This document shows positions 1-9,601 of a stretch of DNA of 64,000 nucleotides, piece by piece. The notes under the pieces were generated by a model, which saw only the letters and a program-made list of their open reading frames with translations, did no database searches and was not told the DNA's origin. The DNA is from Formosa sp. (GTDB taxonomy: Bacteria; Bacteroidota; Bacteroidia; Flavobacteriales; Flavobacteriaceae): positions 3,827 through 67,826 of the forward strand of contig JABHDE010000077.1 in the NCBI GenBank assembly GCA_018673215.1, in the 5' to 3' direction. Positions within the stretch are counted from its first letter, which is position 1. Each line of letters starts with the position of its first letter. Made by a program: the position numbers and the translations under genes.

Positions 1-34
1 TAGAATCAGTCACATTAGGTTTGATTATCTGCAT
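1..34 (-). CDS. birA: Biotin--[acetyl-CoA-carboxylase] ligase, N-terminal fragment (runs off window)
   Basis: Minus strand from ATG at 34 reads MQIIKPNVTDS, resembling the flavobacterial BirA start (MxIIKLxAxDSTN); divergent from rsfS. Confidence 0.6.
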   Translation of the reverse strand, partial: MQIIKPNVTDS

Positions 35-103
35 AGTTAAAATTATGGATCTAAATTATAATATAATTAAGACAATATAACGCGTTTAGAGCCAAAAAAG
101 TAA

Positions 104-111
104 TAAATTTG
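104..111 (+). promoter_or_regulatory. Bacteroidota sigma-70 -7 element (TAAATTTG) upstream of rsfS-ftsH
   Basis: Exact TAnnTTTG match 17 nt before ATG. Confidence 0.55.
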
Positions 112-128
112 CACAGTAAAATTGATTC

Positions 129-500
129 ATGACAAAAAAAACACCTAGCGCAGACCAACTCATCACTTTCACTATTAATGGAATTGAAGATGTGAAAGGT
201 CAAAATATTACTATTTTAGACTTGAGAGCTATAGAAAATACGGTTTGTGATTATTTCATCATTTGCGATGGAACATCTAACACACAAGTCAATGCTATTG
301 TTAGTTCGATACAAAAAAAGGTGAGTAAAAACACCAAAGACAAACCTTGGCATATTGAAGGCAGTGAAAACGGCGAATGGGTGCTAATGGATTATGTTCA
401 TGTAGTGGTTCATGTGTTTCAAAAGCATATTCGAGAATACTACGATATTGAGAACCTTTGGGGAGATGCTAAAATTACCGAAATAGAAACTAGTTACTAA
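129..500 (+). CDS. rsfS: Ribosome silencing factor
   Basis: DYFIICDGTS..QV, EG..WVLMDY..VVVHVF..REYYDIENLW (Iojap/RsfS) motifs. Confidence 0.95.
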   Translation: MTKKTPSADQLITFTINGIEDVKGQNITILDLRAIENTVCDYFIICDGTSNTQVNAIVSSIQKKVSKNTKDKPWHIEGSENGEWVLMDYVHVVVHVFQKHIREYYDIENLWGDAKITEIETSY

Positions 501-512
501 AATATACGACTC

Positions 513-2468
513 ATGTCTAACGAAAAAAAACCTAAAAATACTAAATTTAACGCCTATTGGGTCTACGGGATTGCCATTGTACTTTTCTTAGGATTTAATT
601 TGTTTTCAGGGGGCCTGGGAGGTTCTTCAGAAGCTTCTACAACCCCATCACAATTTTTCAAATACTTAAGAGATGGTGACGTCAAAAAAGTAGAAATTAT
701 AAACAAAAGAGAAGCTTTAGTGTACCTAACAACAAAAGCTTCCAATAAAGAAATCCACAAAAAAACTCAAACAGAAAAGCTGTTTCCAAGGGGGGCTTCT
801 AGTCCAAATTATCAATTTGAGTTTGGGGATGTCCAATTGTTCCAAAAACAATTGGAAGACACCATTCAGGAGGGACAACTTGATACGGTCCTAGATTTTA
901 AGTCCGAAACCAACCCATGGGGGGATATTTTATCCTCACTCATTCCTTTCATACTAATCATTGGAGTTTGGATTTTTATCATGCGACGAATGTCAGGTGG
1001 TGGAGGTCCAGGTGGCGGTGGAGGTCAAATCTTCAATATTGGAAAATCAAAAGCGAAGCTATTTGACGAAAAATTAGAAACCAAAACTACCTTTGAAGAT
1101 GTTGCTGGTTTAGAAGGTGCTAAAGAAGAAATTCAAGAAATTGTGGATTTCTTAAAACACCCAGAAAAATATACGGCCCTAGGAGGTAAAATTCCTAAAG
1201 GTGCTTTATTAGTGGGGCCTCCAGGAACTGGAAAAACCTTGTTAGCAAAAGCAGTAGCAGGAGAAGCAAAAGCACCCTTTTTCTCATTATCAGGGTCTGA
1301 TTTTGTTGAAATGTTTGTTGGGGTTGGAGCTTCAAGAGTAAGAGATTTATTTAAACAAGCAAAAGACAAATCGCCGTCAATTATATTTATTGACGAAATT
1401 GATGCCATAGGGCGAGCCCGTGGAAAAAGTAATTTTTCTGGATCCAATGACGAAAGAGAAAATACTCTCAATCAATTATTAACTGAAATGGATGGATTTG
1501 GCACCAATACAAATGTGATTGTTTTGGCAGCGACTAACCGTGCAGATGTATTAGATAAAGCATTGATGCGAGCTGGACGATTTGACCGTCAAATTTATGT
1601 TGATTTGCCAGACATTAGAGAACGAAAAGAAATTTTTGAAGTGCATTTAAAGCCCTTAAAAAAATCTAAAGATTTAGATACTGACTTTTTGTCGAAACAA
1701 ACTCCTGGCTTTTCTGGTGCTGACATTGCAAATGTATGTAACGAAGCAGCACTTATTGCAGCTCGGAATAACAAAAAAGCAGTTGAAAAACAGGATTTTC
1801 TTGATGCAGTCGACCGAATTATAGGGGGCCTTGAAAAGAAAAATAAAATTATTACACCTAGTGAAAAAAGAGCCGTCGCATTTCATGAAGCAGGTCATGC
1901 TACAGTTAGCTGGATGTTAGAACACGCATCCCCTTTGGTAAAAGTAACCATTGTTCCTAGAGGACGATCTTTAGGTGCCGCTTGGTACCTTCCAGAAGAA
2001 CGACTGATTGTAAGACCTGAGCAAATGTTAGATGAAATGTGTGCTGCCTTAGGAGGTCGAGCAGCTGAAAAAGTTATTTTTGATAAAATATCTACAGGCG
2101 CTCTAAGTGATTTAGAAAAAGTAACCAAACAAGCAAGAGCTATGGTGACTGTTTATGGACTGAGTGATAAAGTTGGTAACCTAACGTATTATGACTCATC
2201 TGGTGAAAATGAATATGGTTTTTCAAAACCATATAGCGAACGCACTGCTGAACTGATCGATAAAGAAATATCAAACATCATTGAAACACAATATAAACGT
2301 GCGATTAAACTCTTAGAAGACAATAAAGATAAGCTCACAGAGTTGGCGGAAGTACTTCTAAAAAAGGAGGTTATTTTTAAAGACAATTTAGAAGCCATCT
2401 TTGGCAAGCGTCCATTTGTTGTGGAAGAGGCTGTCAAAACCACTCACAAAAAAGAAGAAGAAGAATAA
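513..2468 (+). CDS. ftsH: ATP-dependent zinc metalloprotease FtsH
   Basis: Two TM segments, Walker A GPPGTGKT, Walker B IIFIDEID, SRH, HEAGH zinc motif. Confidence 0.98.
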   Translation: MSNEKKPKNTKFNAYWVYGIAIVLFLGFNLFSGGLGGSSEASTTPSQFFKYLRDGDVKKVEIINKREALVYLTTKASNKEIHKKTQTEKLFPRGASSPNYQFEFGDVQLFQKQLEDTIQEGQLDTVLDFKSETNPWGDILSSLIPFILIIGVWIFIMRRMSGGGGPGGGGGQIFNIGKSKAKLFDEKLETKTTFEDVAGLEGAKEEIQEIVDFLKHPEKYTALGGKIPKGALLVGPPGTGKTLLAKAVAGEAKAPFFSLSGSDFVEMFVGVGASRVRDLFKQAKDKSPSIIFIDEIDAIGRARGKSNFSGSNDERENTLNQLLTEMDGFGTNTNVIVLAATNRADVLDKALMRAGRFDRQIYVDLPDIRERKEIFEVHLKPLKKSKDLDTDFLSKQTPGFSGADIANVCNEAALIAARNNKKAVEKQDFLDAVDRIIGGLEKKNKIITPSEKRAVAFHEAGHATVSWMLEHASPLVKVTIVPRGRSLGAAWYLPEERLIVRPEQMLDEMCAALGGRAAEKVIFDKISTGALSDLEKVTKQARAMVTVYGLSDKVGNLTYYDSSGENEYGFSKPYSERTAELIDKEISNIIETQYKRAIKLLEDNKDKLTELAEVLLKKEVIFKDNLEAIFGKRPFVVEEAVKTTHKKEEEE

Positions 2469-2508
2469 GAATAAGTTTAAAATAACTTTTTATTAAACCT
2501 TAATTTTT

Positions 2509-2516
2509 TATCTTTG
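2509..2516 (+). promoter_or_regulatory. -7 promoter element TATCTTTG
   Basis: Exact TAnnTTTG match upstream of the LUD-cdsA-psd-ACBP genes. Confidence 0.55.
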
Positions 2517-2553
2517 GAAAGATGTAAGTTCAATACTTATATTTAGATGAAAA

Positions 2554-3162
2554 ATGAGTGTCTTTCGTAAAATATTTGGTTCAAATACGGATGCTTCTAA
2601 AAGCAAAACTGATGAAAATGATCAGAGTAAGTTTTTAGAAACCAAGGGCTTACCAGCTGATGAAGCCTTTACCATCAACTTTAATAAAAATGGTGGTAAA
2701 TTCCTGTACTGCGAAAATAACGATGAAGTGCAAAATTTTCTCAAAAATATTATTGAGGAGAATAATTGGGACAAAAAAAAAGCACTTATACTCAACAAAC
2801 GTCTAAAAGAAAAATTCAAACACTTTAAGTTAGAAGCATCTCAAAAAGCAAAAGACGCAGACTTTCTATTCACCACATGCGAATCTTTAATTGCTAATGA
2901 TGGATCTCTGCTTATATCCTCTAACCAAATAGCTGAAAAAAAACTAGTTGAATTGCCTGAGAATTTTATCGTCTTTGCGACGACCAGTCAGTTTGTAAAT
3001 ACCATAAGCGAGGGACTTCAAGGAATAAAAGCTCAGAGTAAAACCAAAATACCCTCCAATATTACTACAATTAAACATTTTAAAGCCAACGAAACAAACG
3101 ATTTTCTAAGTTATGGAAGTAGTACAAAAAACCTATATTTGCTACTTTTAGAAGACCTATAA
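2554..3162 (+). CDS. LUD (lactate utilization B/C-like) domain protein
   Basis: TTCESLIANDGSLLISS..LPENFIVFATTSQ..PSNITTI resembles LutC/YkgG. Confidence 0.7.
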   Translation: MSVFRKIFGSNTDASKSKTDENDQSKFLETKGLPADEAFTINFNKNGGKFLYCENNDEVQNFLKNIIEENNWDKKKALILNKRLKEKFKHFKLEASQKAKDADFLFTTCESLIANDGSLLISSNQIAEKKLVELPENFIVFATTSQFVNTISEGLQGIKAQSKTKIPSNITTIKHFKANETNDFLSYGSSTKNLYLLLLEDL

Positions 3163-3170
3163 CACACATT

Positions 3171-3992
3171 TTGAAAGAACTAACCACAAGAGCTTTATCA
3201 GGCCTGTTATTTGCGATTATTTTAATTGGCTCACTACAATTAAAATACGCTTGTATTGTGCTTTTTTTTATATTTGGATTGCTTTGCTTGTCAGAATTCA
3301 ATAAATTAATTCATCAGAAAAATACAGCTTCCTACATCATTTTTATAATGTTGTTTTTGGCAGTTTCATTTTGGGAAAATATCTTTAAATCCCAGGAGAG
3401 TCTCTCTGATATTTCACAAATATTACTTGTCATTTCAGTATTGGTTAACTTATTATTAATTCGAGATTTATTTTCCTCAAAAAGCTTACCTACACTACTA
3501 TCAAATCATTTTATAAACACCACTTTTTATGTCAGCAGTGGGATTGTTTTTTTATTATTGATAGCTCTGAATTTTGAAAATTACAGTACAGAAATTATTA
3601 TGTACATTTTTATTTTGATTTGGATCAACGACAGTTTTGCTTATATAGTGGGTAAGAATTTTGGAAAACAAAAACTTTTTGAAAGCATTTCACCAAAAAA
3701 AACAGTCGAAGGGTTTTTGGGCGGTGTCTTTTTTGCAGCATTGGGAAGTTACGTTATTGCTAATTATACTAATTCACTGCTTTTTACCAACTGGTTAATT
3801 ATCAGTGTTATTGTGAGTGTTTTTGGAACTCTAGGTGACTTAGTAGAGTCCAAGTATAAACGTCAAGCAGGAGTTAAAGATAGTGGTAAAATAATGCCTG
3901 GGCATGGAGGCCTTTTAGATCGCTTAGATAGTGCTATATTTGCAGCACCATTTATCTATTTATTTTTAAGAATATTAAATTATGTTTCATAA
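3171..3992 (+). CDS. cdsA: Phosphatidate cytidylyltransferase (TTG start)
   Basis: SPKKTVEG, GDLVESKYKR..GVKDSG..PGHGGLLDRLDS signature; polytopic membrane protein. Confidence 0.95.
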   Translation: MKELTTRALSGLLFAIILIGSLQLKYACIVLFFIFGLLCLSEFNKLIHQKNTASYIIFIMLFLAVSFWENIFKSQESLSDISQILLVISVLVNLLLIRDLFSSKSLPTLLSNHFINTTFYVSSGIVFLLLIALNFENYSTEIIMYIFILIWINDSFAYIVGKNFGKQKLFESISPKKTVEGFLGGVFFAALGSYVIANYTNSLLFTNWLIISVIVSVFGTLGDLVESKYKRQAGVKDSGKIMPGHGGLLDRLDSAIFAAPFIYLFLRILNYVS

Positions 3993-4629
3993 AGAAGGTC
4001 AAAAAATAATTTTTATTACACTCGTTTTTGTAGTGGCTTCATCTCTATTAATCGATAACTTAGGAATGCCTTGGGTCTCAAAACTCGTTCAGTTTGCCTT
4101 ATTAGTGGTCCTTGTACTTATACTACAATTTTTCAGAAATCCTAAACGTCACACCCACATAAACGATCAGCAAGTAATTGCTCCCGTAGACGGAAAAGTC
4201 GTAGTCATTGAAGAAGTTGAAGAAACAGAATACTTCAAAGAAAAACGCCTGCAAGTCAGTATTTTTATGTCACCTATTAATGTTCACGTAACACGCTATC
4301 CAATTAGCGGCTCTGTCATTTTTAGTAAATACCATCCTGGAAAATATTTAGTTGCTTGGCACCCAAAGGCTAGTACAGATAACGAACGTACAACCATTGT
4401 AGTTGAGAATAAAACTTACGGAAAAGTCCTTTACAGACAAATTGCGGGAGCCCTAGCGCGAAGAATTGTCAATTATGCCAAAGAAGGTCAGACGGTCACA
4501 CAAGGTACCGATGCTGGGTTTATAAAATTTGGTTCTAGAGTTGATTTATTTTTACCTTTAGACAGCAAACTAAAAGTGAAACTCAATCAAAAAGTAAAAG
4601 GCGGAGAATGTATCATTTCAGAAGTTTAG
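3982..4629 (+). CDS. psd: Phosphatidylserine decarboxylase proenzyme
   Basis: FFRNP, APVDG, SIFMSPINVH, FGSRVD self-cleavage motif. Confidence 0.95.
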   Translation: MFHKEGQKIIFITLVFVVASSLLIDNLGMPWVSKLVQFALLVVLVLILQFFRNPKRHTHINDQQVIAPVDGKVVVIEEVEETEYFKEKRLQVSIFMSPINVHVTRYPISGSVIFSKYHPGKYLVAWHPKASTDNERTTIVVENKTYGKVLYRQIAGALARRIVNYAKEGQTVTQGTDAGFIKFGSRVDLFLPLDSKLKVKLNQKVKGGECIISEV

Positions 4630-4630
4630 T

Positions 4631-4897
4631 ATGAATGCGGAGGATTTAGACATAGAATTTAGAGAAGCTGTTGAAAGTATCAACAATCATGAGCAGCCAT
4701 TCCCTGCCGATATTCTATTGAAACTCTATGCCTATTACAAAAAAGCTACTAACGATTATAGTCGGCCAAGTAGTAGTAAAGCAATCATAAATGCTTTTAA
4801 AACAAATGCACTTTTTCAGGTCGAGGACATTACTCAAGATGAAGCTAAACAACGATATATAGACTTGGCAAATACTTACCTTATTTACAGAAAATAA
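4631..4897 (+). CDS. Acyl-CoA-binding protein (ACBP family)
   Basis: LLKLYAYYKKAT and EAKQRYI motifs, 88 aa. Confidence 0.8.
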   Translation: MNAEDLDIEFREAVESINNHEQPFPADILLKLYAYYKKATNDYSRPSSSKAIINAFKTNALFQVEDITQDEAKQRYIDLANTYLIYRK

Positions 4898-4899
4898 GT

Positions 4900-7530
4900 T
4901 TAGTTTAAATTCTTCAAACTTGCCTTAAGGGTCTCAATTTTTGCAACAGCATCTGCTTCTTTCTTCTTTTCACTAGCCACAACTTGCTCTGGAGCTCCAG
5001 AAACAAAACGCTCGTTAGATAACTTCTTTTGTACCGATTTCAAAAAACCTTCTATATATTTAAGTTCCTCTTCTAATTTTGATATTTCAGCTGCCACATC
5101 AATGGTATCATTAGCTGGAATAAAATATTCATTAGATTTTACTCTGAAGGACAAGGCATTTTCAACCGCTTCAGAGGTGTATGTCAAGTTTGAAATATTT
5201 CCTAATTTAGAAATAATCGCATCAAAGCCTTTGGTTTGAGACTCGTTGTTCAATACCAAAAAATCGATGGTGTTTTTAAATGCTATATTTTTTTCTTTTC
5301 GAATGGTACGAATTCCTGATACAACATCTGATGCAAATTCAAAACCTTCTAAGATAGTCGAATCGTAAGGCTTCAATTCTGGCCAAGAAGCCACAATTAG
5401 AGCTTGTTCAGGCGTTCTTTCTTCTAAATATTGCCAGATTTCTTCTGTAAGGAATGGCATAAAAGGATGTAAAATCTTAAGATTTGATTCCAATATCGCT
5501 ACCACAGCTTCATAAGTTTTTTTGTCAATGGGTGCCTCATAGGCGGGTTTTACCATTTCTAATAACCAAGAACAAAAATCATCCCAGATTAATTTATAAG
5601 TAGACATCAAAGCATCACTTAAGCGGTATTTACTAAAATGGTCTTCAATTTCAAGAAGTGTTTTTTGAAATTTGGCATGGTACCACTCAATTGCCATGGA
5701 AGCATAAACCGGTTGTTCAATTTCGGCTACTTCCCAGCCCTGAATAAGTCGGAAAGCATTCCATATTTTATTACCAAAAGCTTTTCCTTGTTGACAAAGA
5801 GCTTCATCAAACATTAAATCATTTCCAGCAGCTGAACTCAACAATAACCCAACGCGAACCCCATCTGCTCCAAAGTTATCTATAAGCTTCAAAGCATCTG
5901 GAGAATTCCCGAAAGACTTACTCATCTTACGACGTTGTTTATCCCTTACAAGTCCTGTAAAATAGACATTATTAAAAGGTTTTTGATCTTTATATTCATG
6001 CCCAGCAACAATCATACGTGCGACCCAGAAAAATAAAATATCTGGTCCGGTTACTAAATCATTGGTAGGATAATAGTATTTGATATCTTCATTTTCTGGA
6101 TTTTGAATGCCGTCAAATACAGACATTGGCCATAACCAAGAAGAAAACCAGGTATCTAAAACATCACTATCTTGTCTTAAATCTGTTAGGTCTAATTGTG
6201 TATTCCCCGATTTATCTTTCGCTAATTCTAACGCTTTTTCAATTGATGATGCTACTACAAAATCGTCTTTACCATCTCCATAGAAATATGCAGGGATTTG
6301 TTGTCCCCAAAACAATTGTCTAGAAATGTTCCAGTCTCGAATATTTTCCATCCAATGACGGTAGGTGTTTTCAAATTTCTTTGGAAACAGTTGTATGGTT
6401 TTATCTTCTAAAACCGATTTGATAGCTGGCTTTGCTAGCGTTTCCATTTTTAAAAACCACTGATCAGAAAGACGGGGCTCTATTACTACTTTAGTCCGTT
6501 CTGAAGTTCCAACTTTGTGTAAATGTTGTTCCGTTTTAATTAGGAAGCCTTTAGTTTCAAGCTCTCTAACAATTTCTTTACGTACCACAAAGCGGTCTTT
6601 ACCTTCATAGTGTAAACCAAAGCTATTCAAGCTTGCATCAGCATTAAAAATATCAATCACTTCTAGTTGGTGCTTTTCACCAAGTGCCTTGTCATTGATG
6701 TCGTGAGCAGGTGTTACTTTTAAACATCCTGTTCCAAATTCAATATCAACGTATTCGTCTTCGATAATAGGAATAACACGACCACATAAGGGAACAATTG
6801 CTTTTTTACCTTTCAGATGCGAATAGCGTTCGTCATTCGGGTTGATACAAATGGCGGAATCACCTAAAATTGTTTCAGGACGTGTCGTAGCAATAGTAAT
6901 CAGCTCATCACTTTCCTGGATTTTGTAATTTAAGTAGTATAAATTCCCTTGACGTTCTTCGTAAATCACCTCTTCGTCGGACAAAGTAGTTTGAGCTTGA
7001 GGATCCCAATTAACCATCCTAAACCCTCTGTAAATAAGTCCTTTGTTAAATAGGTCAACAAATACTTGAATTACAGATTCGCTCATGTCGTCATCCATAG
7101 TGAATTTCGTACGATCCCAATCGCATGAACACCCCAGTTTCTTAAGTTGTTCCAAAATAACCCCTCCATATTCTTCAGTCCATTCCCAAGCATGGTTCAT
7201 AAACTCTTCTCTTGTAAGATCGTTTTTATTGATCCCTTTCTCTTTCAATTTTGCAACCACTTTCGCTTCGGTTGCAATAGAGGCATGGTCAGTACCCGGA
7301 ACCCAACACGCATTTTTTCCTTGTAAACGTGCTCGTCGCACCAAAACGTCCTGAATGGTATTGTTTAGCATATGTCCCATATGTAAAATTCCTGTCACGT
7401 TGGGGGGAGGAATCACAATGGTATAGGGCTCTCGAGAATCGGGAGTTGAATGGAAATATTTATGAGTCATCCAATAGTCATACCATTTGTTTTCAACAGT
7501 TGACGCATCATATTTTGAAGGAATAGACAT
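4900..7530 (-). CDS. valS: Valine--tRNA ligase
   Basis: PPPNVTG.LHMGH (HIGH), KMSKS, C-terminal coiled coil. Confidence 0.98.
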   Translation of the reverse strand: MSIPSKYDASTVENKWYDYWMTHKYFHSTPDSREPYTIVIPPPNVTGILHMGHMLNNTIQDVLVRRARLQGKNACWVPGTDHASIATEAKVVAKLKEKGINKNDLTREEFMNHAWEWTEEYGGVILEQLKKLGCSCDWDRTKFTMDDDMSESVIQVFVDLFNKGLIYRGFRMVNWDPQAQTTLSDEEVIYEERQGNLYYLNYKIQESDELITIATTRPETILGDSAICINPNDERYSHLKGKKAIVPLCGRVIPIIEDEYVDIEFGTGCLKVTPAHDINDKALGEKHQLEVIDIFNADASLNSFGLHYEGKDRFVVRKEIVRELETKGFLIKTEQHLHKVGTSERTKVVIEPRLSDQWFLKMETLAKPAIKSVLEDKTIQLFPKKFENTYRHWMENIRDWNISRQLFWGQQIPAYFYGDGKDDFVVASSIEKALELAKDKSGNTQLDLTDLRQDSDVLDTWFSSWLWPMSVFDGIQNPENEDIKYYYPTNDLVTGPDILFFWVARMIVAGHEYKDQKPFNNVYFTGLVRDKQRRKMSKSFGNSPDALKLIDNFGADGVRVGLLLSSAAGNDLMFDEALCQQGKAFGNKIWNAFRLIQGWEVAEIEQPVYASMAIEWYHAKFQKTLLEIEDHFSKYRLSDALMSTYKLIWDDFCSWLLEMVKPAYEAPIDKKTYEAVVAILESNLKILHPFMPFLTEEIWQYLEERTPEQALIVASWPELKPYDSTILEGFEFASDVVSGIRTIRKEKNIAFKNTIDFLVLNNESQTKGFDAIISKLGNISNLTYTSEAVENALSFRVKSNEYFIPANDTIDVAAEISKLEEELKYIEGFLKSVQKKLSNERFVSGAPEQVVASEKKKEADAVAKIETLKASLKNLN

Positions 7531-7560
7531 ACTTTGGAATAATTTTTGAATATTAATTTA

Positions 7561-7568
7561 CAAAAGTA
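7561..7568 (-). promoter_or_regulatory. -7 promoter element TACTTTTG for valS
   Basis: Exact TAnnTTTG match on minus strand 30 nt before ATG. Confidence 0.5.
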
Positions 7569-7670
7569 CTTATATTTTATTTTCTTTAGAATTAATAATT
7601 GAATTTATATGAGTACATTTTTGTAGTTTGAAAAAAAAGTACCTAAATTTACAATAATAAATAACCTATC

Positions 7671-8096
7671 ATGAAAAAATTATTCACATTATTATTCATT
7701 TCCATTTTTAGTTTGGGAATCAATGCACAAGATAAAGTTGCTAAAATCGAGTTTGAATCTGAAACCATAGATTATGGAGTCATTGAAAAAGGTTCTGATG
7801 GTCTTCGTGTGTTCAAATTTAAAAATACAGGGGATGCTCCTTTAATTGTTTCTGCGGTGAAATCTAGCTGTGGCTGTACGGTTCCCAAAAAACCAACAGC
7901 ACCAATTTTACCTGGAGAAAATGGTGAAATTGAAGTGAAATATGATACAAACCGTGTCAATCCAATTAGAAAAACAATTACAGTTACTTCTAATGCTGAT
8001 CGACCGACCGTTGCTTTGAAAATTAAAGGCACTGTTATCGACCCTAGTAAGTCGAGCGTTATTGGTGATAAAGACAAAAGTGTTTTAGAGCAATAA
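7671..8096 (+). CDS. DUF1573 domain secreted protein
   Basis: Signal peptide; FKFKNTGDAPL..V.SSCGCT.P motif. Confidence 0.9.
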   Translation: MKKLFTLLFISIFSLGINAQDKVAKIEFESETIDYGVIEKGSDGLRVFKFKNTGDAPLIVSAVKSSCGCTVPKKPTAPILPGENGEIEVKYDTNRVNPIRKTITVTSNADRPTVALKIKGTVIDPSKSSVIGDKDKSVLEQ

Positions 8097-8120
8097 GCTT
8101 TAATCCTTTTTAAATAAATG

Positions 8121-8145
8121 AAAGCACCTAATTGGTGCTTTTTTT
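8121..8145. terminator. Probable bidirectional intrinsic terminator
   Basis: AAAGCACC-TAATT-GGTGCTTT followed by a T run, between convergent genes. Confidence 0.7.
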
Positions 8146-9483
8146 ATGCAGTAAATCGCGGAGGTTAAACTGATATTTTAGGACTATACCTTGACGTTCT
8201 ATGGTCATTTTAATTCGTTTTCCATCAGCTCTATATAATTGATCAATCGCTTTTTGAAGTGTCAAAGATCGCAGACTTTGATTATTGATTGAAAGTACTA
8301 CATCCCCTATTTTTAGTCCTGCCTCATCTGCTGGAGAATTGGCTCTGACATCTGAAATTATAAGTTCTGGTACTATTTCAAATTTATAAGTAGAAGTAAA
8401 GTTGATGGTCGTGAGATTATTTGTTGAGTTTATATTATCAGAACTAGCGGTATTATTAGAAATCTGCGAAGGTGTTTTAAGCAGTCGAACTCCTGCATAC
8501 TGCATCACGATTCCACTTTTATTATACTCAAAATGCTTCTTGAAAAATTTATTTTTCCTAAAAGCTACCCATTGTGATTTATAATTAAACACCCAATTAA
8601 AACGGTGTAAAATATCGCCCATTAAACTTCCGTTTCTAAGCGTATTAATTTTTGCTTTTTTAATGGATTAGGAATCTGGGAAAGCTACATTCACCTCATT
8701 TAGTTGATAGTCTTTTAGACGAAAAGATTGAAGTACCGCGCGTTTTCCGAAAATAGAACCACTAAGTCCCTTCCCTAAATAATCGTCAAATGTCTTTTCT
8801 GGAATTGAGAGAGATTGTGTCGAATCCTCAAAAAGCCACAACGCATCACTCCCTCCTGTATCAATTAATAGATTCACAGGAATTGCTTCTTTATCAACCG
8901 TTACAGAGGCTTCTAAAATGGGTTTTTTATTATAAAAAATGAGATCTAATTTTTTCCATTTTCGAGATAATTTTGAATCGTACAAAAGCGGATTGTGAAG
9001 TTTGATGAATTTTCGACTGTAATTTATTTCAACCACAAAATCCTTAAAAATATCGTACCCTATAATTCCATGAACAGGGATCCCTAAACTAGGCACAAAG
9101 TTGATGGAAGCATCAATAATTGCTAACAAATCTTGATTAAGATTGACGGCTTCTCCTATAATAAGAGTGTTGTTTGAAGATCTCAAGGCTTCAATAGGTT
9201 TGTCGTTACCCAGTCCTTAAATTTAGATCAATTCAGTTTTGTGAATAGAGAGCTCTTTCTTTAGATTAAAGAAATTAAAGATAATCGAATTTGAAACACC
9301 TGTATCAAGCAAAAAAGATAAGGGTACATCATTAACGGTAACTGGAATGATTATTAGGTTGTTTACAAATTTAAAATGGATTTTATCACTTTTGCCATTT
9401 TGAAGTTCAAAATTTACTTGAGCAAATCCGCTCAAATTAAAGCCTATTAAAAGAAAAACACCAAGTAATTTTATATTTAGCAT
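8128..9483 (-). pseudogene. Tandem aspartyl protease + C-terminal PDZ protein interrupted by three in-frame TAA stops
   Basis: Three same-frame ORFs; LLDTG and LIDTG aspartyl motifs, GIIGYDIF, PDZ (SPADEAGLKIGDVVLSIN); stops at 9223-9225, 9217-9219 and 8668-8670. Confidence 0.85.
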
Positions 9484-9570
9484 CACAAAAGTAGTAAGGG
9501 GGTACACCTAATTTACAATAGATTTATTTAAATAATAGTTAAAGGGCTTTATTTTATACAAACTTTAAGA

Positions 9571-9578
9571 TAAATTTG
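9571..9578 (+). promoter_or_regulatory. -7 promoter element TAAATTTG
   Basis: Exact TAnnTTTG match upstream of aminotransferase-murB. Confidence 0.5.
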
Positions 9579-9601
9579 TAATCAACATTTATAAAAAAAG
9601 C

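Noticed and set aside
996-1025. GGT/GGA-rich repeat encoding GGGGPGGGGG
   Set aside because: Ordinary Gly linker of FtsH, not a contingency repeat
8128-9483. TAA stop-codon reassignment as the explanation for the in-frame stops
   Set aside because: TAA terminates most intact genes in the window, and no other gene is interrupted
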